From Chrysomallon squamiferum (taxonomy: Eukaryota; Animalia; Mollusca), in contig CM022672.1 of NCBI GenBank assembly GCA_012295275.1, positions 20,212,001 through 20,276,000 on the forward strand: a stretch of DNA of 64,000 bases, in the 5' to 3' direction. Below are positions 52,618-64,000 of this stretch, one piece after another. The position numbers were made by a program, and so were the translations under genes. The stretch's first letter is position 1. The number at the start of each line of letters is the position of its first letter. The notes under the pieces were generated by a model, which had not been told where the DNA came from, did not search any database, and was given only the letters and a program-made list of their open reading frames with translations.

Positions 52618-53759
52618 ATGGCATCATCACCCTATGATTTACGAAGCAAAAAAGGTTCCAGAAATATTGAGGAAGTTCATGCCAAAACCAGCAAGTCATC
52701 AAGAAAAGACAATCAAGGAGTATCTCCTCCTCCATCATCGGATTCAGAGAGAGACAGGTCGCAGAATTTATCTCACTCAACTGATGATTCAGACTCGGAT
52801 ATTGAATGCAGTCCTCCTTCTACAGCAGGCTCTTCTTCAGCCAAGACACCTTCACCACGTTTTGCCCGCAAATCTGTGACAAGTGTTTCCTCACCAGATG
52901 ACAGTTCATTCTTTTCAAGTCCTGAAGTTAAAAGTTCAAGCCAGTTCCATAATGAATCTAGAAGTATACATCAAAAGAGTCCTGCATATCGCCAATTAGT
53001 TAAGGCCAGGCCCCATGATGAAAGAAATTGGTCTTTGAATGGAAAAGATATCAACATATATGTGGCTGTGTTTGTGGTTGTTATTGCTGTAATGCTTGCA
53101 TTCAAATTTTCATATATTTCCAGAGATGATTCAGAAGTGAAAACCACAGAATTCACAAAGTTTGTCAATCGAATAACAACACTGGAACTAAAATTTCCAT
53201 CTCAAAATGAACGGACATGGAAAACATTAAAATCATCTGTCAGGCATGTTTTGGATGGCAGAGGTTCCGAATATCCAGCAGTAATCTTATTTGCAGTTCC
53301 CAAAATGACTTCAGAAATGGGTACTTGTTTTGCTCGACATGCAGCTAAGAATTTCAACAACTCTTCAGTCTTCAATGAATATATTGATTGTCGAGATAGC
53401 AGCCATCTTGATCCAGATGACGCCAAATTGAATCTTGATCAAGAAATTCGTAAACACTTTGCAACCAGGAATGCTGTTGTCATTGATCACTTGGAAGCAC
53501 TGTCACCAAAAGCTGCACTGTTACTTCACGGCATATGTGACAATGACAATGCACCATTCAAAGAGGTTTTCATTTTGTTGGTTTTTCACTTTGATATTCA
53601 ACCCAACATAGAACCAAAAAGGTAGAAGACAAAGTGAAAGAATATTTGATGAAGGAACTTGACATTAACAAGGTGGGTGCATTGTTAACCCGCATTGCCA
53701 ACAACATCATTGTTATACAACCAGAATCGAAAGAGCAGATAGACAATATTTGTTCATAA
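52618..53759 (+). CDS. TOR1AIP1: Torsin-1A-interacting protein (LAP1/LULL1-like), ~380 aa, single coding exon, with a 1-nt deletion frameshift at ~53616-53620
   Basis: Ser-rich N-terminus, one TM helix (IYVAVFVVVIAVMLAF), luminal AAA-like domain (KFPSQNERTW, PAVILF, AVVIDHLEAL, LLHGICDNDNAPFKEV). The shifted frame continues KVEDKVKEYL...VGALLTRIANNIIVIQPE...CS* to 53759. Orthology to TOR1AIP1 versus TOR1AIP2 cannot be resolved. Confidence 0.9.
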
Positions 53760-54297
53760 CTGGAATCGTAGAATGTGTTTAAGCATAGAACTTATCTTCA
53801 CAGTCTGATTGTATGTATTACCTTTGAATACTGCGTCATTGAATACTGTTGATAATTCATATATAAAAGAAAAACAGAAAAAAGACTGATTTAAATTAAA
53901 TAAAAATAAAGAGCAAATTCTGTCCATCTGTGATTTAAGTTCATTAACTGTGAAAATAGAATTAAGCAGTTGTATTTTTTTTTTGTTACCTTTAATTGCT
54001 TTTCTTCTTGTAATGTTAAATGTAGAGATATAACTGGATAATAAATACAAAATTCTGCTTTTGTATGGCATAAAAACATAACTGGTGTTGACTTTTTTAT
54101 TTGTAAAATATAGCAAGTTAAATAGTGAAATATTTTATGCTCTAAATATGTATTTTATGTTAATTAAATTTGAATCCAAATCACTCAGATAGATTGATCA
54201 ACTTTGAATCTAGGCACTACTGCATTATTTGAAGTACTACTGCATTATTTGAAGTATCTGTAATTATTTTTCAAGAGTGGTTAGTTGCTGTTGCCAG

Positions 54298-54338
<41 letters not shown>

Positions 54339-54594
54339 TTTTTTATTATTTATTTATTTATTTATTTATTATTATTATTTTTTTTTTTAATTTACATATC
54401 AGAGTTTTTCAGTGTGTGCTGTTTATTTTATTGACTGAACCTTAATATTTTGATTCTAGATCTGTTTCTGTTACGAAATCAAATGTCATTTCACTGCAGA
54501 CATAAATGAAAAAATCAAATGTAAAATACATATCTCACTCCACTGCCAGTGGCATGCGAATATAGACAGAAGGATTTGTGGCAATAACGGTGCT

Positions 54595-54770
54595 TTATGT
54601 TGATTCAGCTATTAAAGGCCATGATATGTCTGTTCCTACATGTGAAAGATTTCTTGTTGCCATTATAAAATGGCAGCAGGTTTCCTATTTGTTTGGGTTT
54701 TTTTTGCTACATATGATTTCATAGAACACTTGATTTGTTAAGAATTTAGTGGGGTTGTTTTAAATTTGGC
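54595..54770 (+). mobile_element. Possible decayed SINE fragment
   Basis: aaaggccatgatatgt..cct..tgtgaaagatttcttgttgc...ggcagcaggtttcct...tagtggggttgtttaaa resembles the central domain of molluscan SINEs as I recall it. Not searched. Confidence 0.3.
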
Positions 54771-55037
54771 ATCTCGTACTTGCTTTCATCTTATCAACAT
54801 AAAAAAAGAAAATCATTATATATATAGAATAGATATGTAGATATAGATATACAAATTGTTAAAATAATCCTTATAATATATGTAAAGTAATCATATAAAT
54901 AAAACAAAATATATAAATTATAATAATAATACAAATATACAAAAAGTGAAATGACATTAAATTTAACTTTGTTTTTTAAAATTTATATACATAAACTACA
55001 ACTGTAGAAGTCATACAAATAAGGTTGAAGAGTATAA

Positions 55038-56231
55038 GGGTCATTCCGTGTCAAATCACCCAATGGTTTAAACCAGACTGTCTCAGATTTTTTATAAAAC
55101 TTGGTATACTTGTTGACTGGAATCCCACAGCTCCAAATCTGAAATATTAGCCCAATCAGACCAGTGGTGTGGGAGATATGGCCCACCGAATTTTGAGATT
55201 TTTGGCAAAAATGGGTGTGATCACCAACCTTAGAACCCTCATATCTCAGGAACTACTAGGCCAATCTTCATAAAATTGGTATTGTTAGAAAGGCAAAATG
55301 ACAAGGATTCCAAATCTGCAATATTGGAGTACCTTGACCTTTTGACCTTTGCTATGACCTTGAAATTGACTGTGTGGATCACGTGACTTTAAGATGACCT
55401 TTATTGAAATTTAATCTCCCACATGTTAATTAAAACATATAAAAGTTTCCTGGGTGTAATATTTTTTGTTTAGCCACAATATAGATTTAAAAAATGCACA
55501 TACATGAAAATAACACCTTTTCAGCCATTAACATCTGATTAACTAAAACCTGAATGATCAATTCTGGATGCTAGGAATCACCATCTCTCTTGATCATCAA
55601 GTAAGACATTGTAGGCCTACATGTATGCATAAAGTTCACATATAAAAGTTTCCTGGGTGTAATATTTTTTGTTTAGCCATAATACAGATTTAAAAAATGC
55701 ACACCTGCATGGATGATTTATACAATGCATTACAATGTATATTTTCTCTGAGACCAAAAACTCATCTTTGGAGTTAAAACCCACCTGACATGCCTGAAAA
55801 GATGCCAAATGGCATGACATGTTCTACACAATCAGGCTCAAAGGGTTAACAGGAAGTGGTGCTTCAGGCAGGTCAGGAACTCCTTTAGATCCCCTGGTGC
55901 AATCCCCATTGATCACATGGCAATTAGAAGTTTAAGACAAAGAAGTTTCTTCATCTGCATGATCATTTTGCCTTTCTAACAATACCAATTTTATGAAGTT
56001 GGCCCAGTAGTTCCTGAGATATGAGGGTTCTAAGGTTGGTGGTCACACCCATTTTTGCCAAAAATCTCAAAATTCGGTGGGCCATATCTCCCACACCACT
56101 GGTCTGATTGGGATAAAATTTCAGATTTGGTGCTGTGGGATCCCAGTCAACAAGTATACCAAGTTTTATAAAAAATCTGAGACGGTCGGGTTTAAAAATT
56201 TGGGGTGGGGTGATTTGACATGGAATGACCC
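55038..56231. mobile_element. Non-autonomous DNA transposon (Sola2-like), same family as 45559-46002, opposite orientation
   Basis: ~265-bp TIRs starting GGGTCATTCC; exact 4-bp TSD ATAA (55034-55037 / 56232-56235). Confidence 0.82.
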
Positions 56232-56756
56232 ATAAGAATTTTTTTGGAAAGTAGCTTAGTACAATGTAAAAATATTTCATTATTCATTCATTCATTCAGT
56301 TATTCATTTCATATTATTTATTTATCTTTATTTATTATTTTTATTATTATTATTATTAGGCATTATATATCATAAATCAATAAAAAAAAATCTAACATTT
56401 CCCACAAAATGATTGTCAGTTATGGGACTTGAATGTTTCCTGCTTAACTTTAGCCACATCATATATCAAGTGGACAGGTATCTTAGTACAATACATAACA
56501 AACGGTTCAAAAATTACTTTGTATTAAATGGAACATACAGGATACATACTGATATCAATATTTTCTAAAGTATAAAAAATAAATATTAAGATCTTAGAAA
56601 AAGTCCTTGCAGACTGAGGACACGCAAACAAGTATAATTTATCTGTTTTATAATTCAATAAATGAATAATAATAAAATAAAATTGATAAATAAATAAAGT
56701 GGGATAACTGAACATTTTAGAATCACCATTGTTTATTTTGATAAAATTCTAAAATA

Positions 56757-56816
<60 letters not shown>

Positions 56817-57219
56817 TAATAATAATAATAATAATAAGGATGAAAGAAAGAAAGAAAAAAAGGGTTCATTTTAAATTTATCGAACGGGAAGGATAAATAC
56901 CTTGTTCCAGATATTCTTTTCTCAGAGTTATCTATTTATCAAATTATTTACTTTTTTTATCTGAGCAACTTTTGCTTCGGAAACAAATCTTGTGTGCACA
57001 TAAGCATTATTTAATTTGCATGTATTGCTTCAGGACAGTTGTAACACAATTTATCTCTAATTTTAATTATTAAAAGAAGAAAAAAAATAAAGAGTGTAAC
57101 TTATTTAAAATTTAGAGAATTAAATTTTGGATAGATGGCTTATAAATAAATAAAAATAGAAAAAATAAATCCTGAATAAAAATTAAAATAATAATAAAAA
57201 AAAAAAAATAAATAAATAA

Positions 57220-57270
<51 letters not shown>

Positions 57271-58189
57271 AATAAATAAATTAATTAATAAATAATACAC
57301 AAACAAATTCATTAACAAAAAAAAAAAAGAAATAGAAAATAGTACATCTAAAAATGAAATGAATAAATTTGATTATTATTATTATTATTATCCTTATTAT
57401 TATGTTTATTATTATGTTTAATATATTTGTTTGTAACAGAACTCACTGCATTTATGATGTTATATATCCTGTAATTATGGTCAGCAATGATACAGGCAAA
57501 AGGACAAACACGTTACAATCCACCTAGACTGGCTTACTCAATAAATATTCATTTAAATCACTTTGTTTTTCTTGGTTGTCTGAAAATATAAACACTACTC
57601 TTCCTAAATGTTAAAATAACATACAGAGGAATGGAAAATTATTTTCTCTTTGCAGATTTAATTTTTCAAAAGCATCTTTGAAATCCATAAACAACGTGTT
57701 TTGTTTATTTATCTATTATTATTATTAATAGTAGTAGTAGTAGTATGGTTCGGTTCGTTTTTGTTTTGAAGGGGTTAAAGAAAAAACAATCAGAAAAAAG
57801 TAGCATTAAAAAAATATTAATTAATTAATTAAAGATATCCTAATTTTCTTTGAATCTGAATAAATTAGTTAAGATAACATAAAACCTACGCCAAATATCA
57901 AGTTCAAAACTTGAAACAAAAAAACAACAACAAAAACACATGACTTTTAAAAATTCAACAAGCATAATCCAAAAACATGATTTCATCAAGATCGTTTAAT
58001 TTTTAAGACAACATTTATACTTCATATTTAAAAAAAAAATAATAATATTATATATGTTTGTTTAATTTTATTAAAATCTGCACTAAACGGATCGTTTAAA
58101 ACCGCTCTTTTGTAAATGAGTTAACATTCGTGTCACAAGAAAATTCTTTGGTGGTAGGCAACCTATGCCCAGACGAGCGGAACTAGTTT

Positions 58190-58235
58190 TTGTCTCTTTG
58201 CACATGGGCAGATTTGTGGACGCCATTTTATTCAG
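58190..58235 (+). promoter_or_regulatory. Probable non-coding first exon/TSS of the Sxl-like gene
   Basis: YY1-type CGCCATTTT at 58221 followed by a strong donor cag|gtatgt at 58236; locally CpG-richer. Confidence 0.5.
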
Positions 58236-60648
58236 GTATGTCGTTTTTCTACTTGATCTTAACAATTTTTCACTATTTTCTTGGATTAAATTTGCAGTTA
58301 CACAGGAAATTAATAACACCCTTTTAAAACAGAGAAATATAAAGTTCTATAATTTACATCAAATTTTTGTTCTTAACCGGCAGTTGCTAAAATCAAATAA
58401 AGAAATTCTGCCGGAAACTTGCCGCCAACGCATATAATTTGACCTAAATGGCGAGTGCTGTTCTGATTAAAAAAATCAAGAATATTTCATCTACGGTATA
58501 ATTATTTGTCAAAATATAGTTACAGGATTGTTTGTATATGAAGTCAGTATAATGTATGGTAAATATTTTGTAATTTATTTTTATTTAAAATGACTTGCGC
58601 GGTGAATTTAATTCTTAAGTTACTCATAATGGGGGATCACGTCTAGACTTAGTAACTTCGGTCACATGTATTCACTATTTGTAATGCCTAAGGGTAAGTA
58701 ATGTTCTTAGAAGCTACGACATTTTTTTCTGATAATTTTATGTTTCAGCATAGAATTTGTGACTTTTACTTTATCGGTTACTTTGATGATTATTTTAAAT
58801 GTTTAATTTGAAAAACGAAACAAAGAATCCTTTGCAGTATAATTCAAATATGAATTAAATTCAGTTTTTAGTTATTTCAGTGCTTTAATTTTATGAACAA
58901 ATAGAATATTGACTGCGTTTTTATATTTTATTTTTAAAATGCTGTTATTCAAAATTATTTTTATATTTTAAAAGGGATTGGACTTAATGTGAACTGTGTG
59001 TTGTAGAAATATGCATTACTGGTGCATTGACTATATAACAAAAACACCTCATTCCAAAACTGTATAATAAGCTAGGTTTTTTCAAGCTGAAAACATATCC
59101 CAGTGGCTAACTCCCCCATATATGTTTATACTTTCACGTTAAAAGCAGTGACATGAAATTAATTAATAAAATTTGTTTGAAAGAAGGGGAAAATTATAAA
59201 TATACTTTTTCATCAGTTAATTTTTGTTCCATTCTGATTGAAACCTTTCTTACACAATGACTAATTAACCACTAATCGGGCTCAATTTCTATGATTTTAT
59301 TTATTCCATAAATTATTAGGCTTATTTCATTTTAAGTTACAAAGTGGTTCCCCCAGCTGGCCTGCCAAACCTTACAGTTTGTTGCAAGACCTCTGGAATA
59401 TATTTAACAGTAATTATTTTTAACATGACTATTCATTTAAAGTTGGTGAAAATTGTATTTAATAATGAATTTAAAGTTCATTTTCTGTTATTCATACACA
59501 TGGTTAAAGAAAAATTAAGTTTTCATGATGTGCAATATCAACCGCTCAAAAAACCTACCACCACATGAACAATTTTTATGTATAAAGTAGATATAGAAAA
59601 AAGAAGGCATTGCCAACCTCACAAATCTTAGCAGATTTATTATTATTAGTTACTTAGTGAAAGTTTGTTCTTAGTTGTATTTATTTAACACTTGCTAATA
59701 CCACCAAATGTCATAGATATTCTGTAATATTTTTCATATAATTAACAAGAAATTATTATTATTATTATTTTTTTTTTTTTTTTTTTCAGTACACAGATTA
59801 TTATTTGAAGACCAGGGAAACAAAATATCAGCTTATTTGTTTTTGGCAGTTGTATAGGTATATAATGTTTTTTAAATCATAGTCTTGTATAGATTTGTTG
59901 AATTGGGTTTTTTTAAAGATGCATTTTTACAGCCAGTGTTCCCTCTAAACTTGCAGTCACTTGTAGCAGACATTATAACTATCTCATTTTCATTTACAAA
60001 ACACAATTGTGTTGGCCACTGCACATTTCCATTTTTGCTGAAAGCATCAAAAGTTCCTGTGATTGGTTTGGAAAAAGTTAGAGGGAATGGTGATCATCAC
60101 TAAATTACTTAGAGTAAAAGAAAGTGATTGCATTTTTGTCAGTGCTGTTTAAAAAACCCACAAAACAACTGATTTATTATTTTTAAATGCAGAAGTTTTA
60201 TCTGTTTATTATTGGAACTTGAGAAGTAATTATGAATGATAACAAATAATAAATTATTTACTGTCACATATCAAATTAAAGTAGTATTATTTGTTGAAAA
60301 TATGATGCTTCGTTTTCACAAAGATTTAGAGAATAGTCTATTCAGGATTTTAATATCTTGAAAAAGTATTTTATAAACCCAGTATGTGGGAATAAAGCTA
60401 ATCTAATGATTTGTATGAATTTATATACATACTGTTGTACATTAGTTGACTTTTAAGAATTTTAACATATATTAAACATTTGTTATAAATAAAAGTGAAG
60501 ACTTTATTAACAGAAAATGTACTATCTCCCCAAAACCACACAATAATTAAGAAAATAGAATATCAGCATTATTAATTTTTTCCTTTTTTTTTTTCTAAGC
60601 ATGAGAATATAAGAGATCTGAGGAACTTAATCAGCTACATCATTAAAA

Positions 60649-61335
60649 ATGGAAACACCAGAAAAAGAAGAAAGAGATCCAGAAACCAATTTGATCATCA
60701 ACTATCTTCCCCAGAATTTGTCGGATGAAGAATTTCGATGCATGTTTTTAAGCATTGGGCCTATCAAATCATCCAAAATCATTAGGGATATGTCGACAGG
60801 GTACAGTTATGGGTTTGGCTTTGTTGACTACCAGTCAAAAGTTGATGCAGTTAGAGCTATTAACACCCTGAATGGGCTTCAAATTCAGAATAAGAAAATA
60901 AAAGTTGCTTTGGCTCGCCAAGGGGGAGACAACATAAAAGGAGCCAATCTTTACATCCGCAACTTGCCAGTCCACTGGAAGGATCATGATCTTACTGCAT
61001 TCTTCCAGCCATTTGGTAATATTATTCAGTCTAAAGTCCTTGTTGACAACTTGGGGAATTCAAAGCGAGTAGGTTTTGTTCTGTATGACAAAAAAAGTGA
61101 AGCTGACAATTGCATTAAGATGATGAGTGGAAAGTCACCATATGAAGGAGCTGAACCGATTCTGATCAAGTTTGCGGACAATAACTCCAAAAAGGTGCGA
61201 CCTCCAGCCGTACAACATCCTATGGGAGGCTATCAGCAACCACCATTTAAGCAAGTACCAGGACCAGGCCCCATGCGTACCCAGGGCAGTCGCTTCCGCT
61301 TCAATCCCATGACTGGCCCAGGAGGATATGGATAA
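60649..61335 (+). CDS. Sxl: Sex-lethal/ELAV-family RNA-binding protein with two RRMs (228 aa), single coding exon
   Basis: TNLIINYLPQ...TGYSYGFGFVDY...KIKVALARQGGDNIKGANLYIRNLP...KRVGFVLY. TGYSY and the ARxGGxxIK linker are Sxl-like. No third RRM; Gly/Pro/Gln-rich tail. Confidence 0.8.
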   Translation: METPEKEERDPETNLIINYLPQNLSDEEFRCMFLSIGPIKSSKIIRDMSTGYSYGFGFVDYQSKVDAVRAINTLNGLQIQNKKIKVALARQGGDNIKGANLYIRNLPVHWKDHDLTAFFQPFGNIIQSKVLVDNLGNSKRVGFVLYDKKSEADNCIKMMSGKSPYEGAEPILIKFADNNSKKVRPPAVQHPMGGYQQPPFKQVPGPGPMRTQGSRFRFNPMTGPGGYG

Positions 61336-64000
61336 TATTCAGCAGTTTCCAGGAAAGCATTGAAAATGGGTGCCTGTTTTGCTTGACAGGTGGCACAGAA
61401 GTTTAAAAACTCATCTACTTTAAATAAATGTTTTTGTTGTCAACACAGCAGCCATCTTATATTCTGACATACCCAGACTTAATACTGAAGAAAATTTAAT
61501 GCATGCTTCAAGATGAGATTTGCTGCTGTTATCTGACATTTTGAAACAATTGGACACAGCACATATGTGTTGTCTTACAGAATTTTAATTTTGCTAGCTT
61601 TATTTTCACTTCAGTATTTTACTGGGGGAAAAACCAAAGCATTTGCAAGTGACAAATAACAAATTAATTAGTGTTTGAGGTAGATTTAAAAAAAAGAAGA
61701 ACTGTTCAGAAAAATAATATGCATTTATTGGCTAATTATACAAATAGATAGCTTCATACACTAATTAAATTGCTTATTTGTTACATTAAACACACAATAT
61801 CATAATTCTTCAGTTAAATTTTTTTGGTACTGTTTCAAGATAGGTAAATCCTGTATATATATGTGTGTAGAATATTTTCACATTTGAATTTTTATATATT
61901 TTCAGCTACAGCTATTTGTAAGATAGCAGCAGCAAAAAATATATACAATGAAAAATTTGAAGAATTAATATTTTGATTATTTTGAAAACTTGTAGCAAAA
62001 TATTTGATATTTTTATAAAACAGTGGGAGGGTTTTTGTGGGGGGAAGATTGACCGGTGCATGTACTTGTGTAAATACGTTAAAAAAATTTGACACTAAAC
62101 TGTTGGTTTTTTTTCTATATTGCTTTTCTTTTGCTATTTCAGTTATTTTCATTTTTCATTGTGTGTTGATAGATTATTTTGTTTCGTTGGTTTTTTGGAT
62201 TTAAAAAAAAAAAAAAAGTTGAACAAAATAATAATTATTATTATTTTCTTTTTGTAATACAAAATGCTGGCATAAGAAATGCATAATTTCAGTATTTCTA
62301 GCTTATTTCAGACAGTGTTTTCATATGATTGGCTCATCATTTCTGACTGTTTTTATTTTGAAACTTTTAATGCTTTTATTGTGTAATTCTTAAAATGCAG
62401 TACTTTGGATGATAATCAGTTAGAAGGGAAATAGACATGTCATTTTTAAAATAATGATAGTATTTACACTAACCAAAAAAACTTGATCCTAAAGACCGAA
62501 TCCATCCTTCATAACAGTTTGTACTTGCAACTGAAGCACTGTTTTATCGTAAACTCGCTTTGTATCAGAAACCTAATTTACATCTTTAGTCACATTTTGT
62601 TTTACAGATTGTCAGAAAATTGTTTGACATTTATTAATATACCTGCAATGTTAATGCTGATGTAACAGATGTAATCAGTTTTAATTTGTACCAGTTTGAT
62701 TAATTTGTGATTAAAAATATAAAATGAGCTGAAAACGAATAAATGTTCCATGCTATTGTGTTGTGCAGCAATTATACTGGTGTTGGTTTTTTTTTTTTTT
62801 CTATTACTTTTCTTTTTATCTTTCAGTATTTTTGAGTTGCTGGAAGTATACAACTTCCGTAATAAAATGCTAAATGTTTGTAACAGTATCCCCATCATTT
62901 TAATTACCTCGCAATAATAAGACCCAAATCAGTTATGAATGCTAAAAAAATGTTTAATTTGTTAACAGAATGTTACACTAAAATATCTGGGGGGGGGGGA
63001 GCTACACCATAAAGACAATTGCAGAGAAATCTGTATTTCTTACATGTATGTTTAGTTTCACAGATAAACTTTTAACAGGTGTGCAAGGATTTAATCACTT
63101 TGAAATAAGGTTTGAGGGTAAATGTAGGTGAATAATCCTGTTTTTCAGTTGAGCTAAAAATTTAGAATGCAGAATTTGTTGCAGCTTGCAGATTAAATAC
63201 TATTAAAGAAACCGTCTATAACTAAAATAATTATGTTGGTGAAGAGAATGGAGTAGAAAAAATTGTTTCCTGGAACTAATTTCACTATATACTTGTATCC
63301 AATCAATAACATCAAACAGTATGAAAATGTGTTGCAATATCAATTTACTGAAGAGTATTATCATGGTAAAATTAAAATTCAAAATCTCTTGATTTGTTAT
63401 TATTTGGGGATTTTTTTAAAATGGACTTCTTTTAAGATGATGGTCAGGAAAATTCAGATCTCTAAAAAGTATTTATAAATTTAATTTGTTTTAAACTATG
63501 ACTACATTTAAAAAAATATGTTTAAGTCGATATACTCTATAAACTGCACTGCTGTGTCAAATGAAAATCAAAGTGTTGGATTTATTTTTATCTAATTGTT
63601 GGTTATGTAGTGAAATGCTTCTGAATAGCATAAATATTATAATATTAAAGTATTTACATGTATAGTTCAGTGTGAAGAAATGACATCTGAATAAATAAAT
63701 TTATATACTGTTTTTAGCCAAATTATTTTTAGTAGTAAAGTATAATTTTTCTTAAAAGAGAGCAGATTAATTAGAAGTGTTGTGATTTAAATATAAATAA
63801 AGCAATAGTGTTAATAAAGAAATAATAATTTTAATAATGGCACTGCTTGGTTTAAGAAAATGGTACCGAATTGGTCTTCAATTAGGGTAGCTATTTGCTA
63901 ACGAAATTGTCACTTGGAGAATGAGCAGGTGTCATGTCTTCCTCTTTATAAAGAGCACAAATTAATGTTAACATGACATTCCCACCCTCGAGGGGTTATA

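Noticed and set aside
52595-52879. Overlapping 94-aa alternative-frame ORF in TOR1AIP
   Set aside because: It starts at a TTG within the intron acceptor region and is an expected shadow of a Ser-rich coding frame.
55963-56280. 105-aa ORF near 56 kb
   Set aside because: It lies in the TIR of the Sola2-like element and has no transposase motifs.
61347-61355. Isolated GAS-like TTCCAGGAA (and TTCCTGGAA at ~63267)
   Set aside because: Not at a promoter and not clustered with other motifs; treated as background occurrences.

Overview
AT-rich, microsatellite-rich, intron-containing animal DNA (a mollusc or other lophotrochozoan is my guess from repeat content; this is inference only). Most entries in the ORF track are exon fragments or microsatellite artefacts. 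Positions ~1-51,000 hold a tandem and inverted cluster of PLAAT/HRASLS-family genes (LRAT-like, circularly permuted NlpC/P60 H-box/NC phospholipase A/acyltransferases). I reconstructed these by hand: four coding exons, intron phases 1-2-0 and a near-invariant 130-nt exon 3 carrying NC(E/Q/K)xF. There are five sub-types, which I label A-E. Six copies have intact frames (A1, A2, B3, B4, C2, E). B5 has an uncertain last exon, B1 and D each carry one 1-nt frameshift, B2 lacks exon 1, C1 is a pseudogene, and several exon remnants remain. Paralogues differ mostly by non-synonymous changes and have swapped or remodelled their C-terminal anchor exons. Two have clustered STAT/NF-kB/IRF/CRE-type motifs upstream. 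Together this suggests a rapidly diversifying, possibly immune-inducible lipid-modifying effector locus (inference). Downstream are a LAP1/LULL1-like torsin activator (TOR1AIP, with a homopolymer frameshift just before the arginine finger) and a two-RRM Sex-lethal-like gene. Transposons include a decayed Tc1/mariner, two Sola2-like non-autonomous elements with 4-bp TSDs, a hAT MITE and a MULE transposase fragment. All exon coordinates and substitution counts were read by eye.
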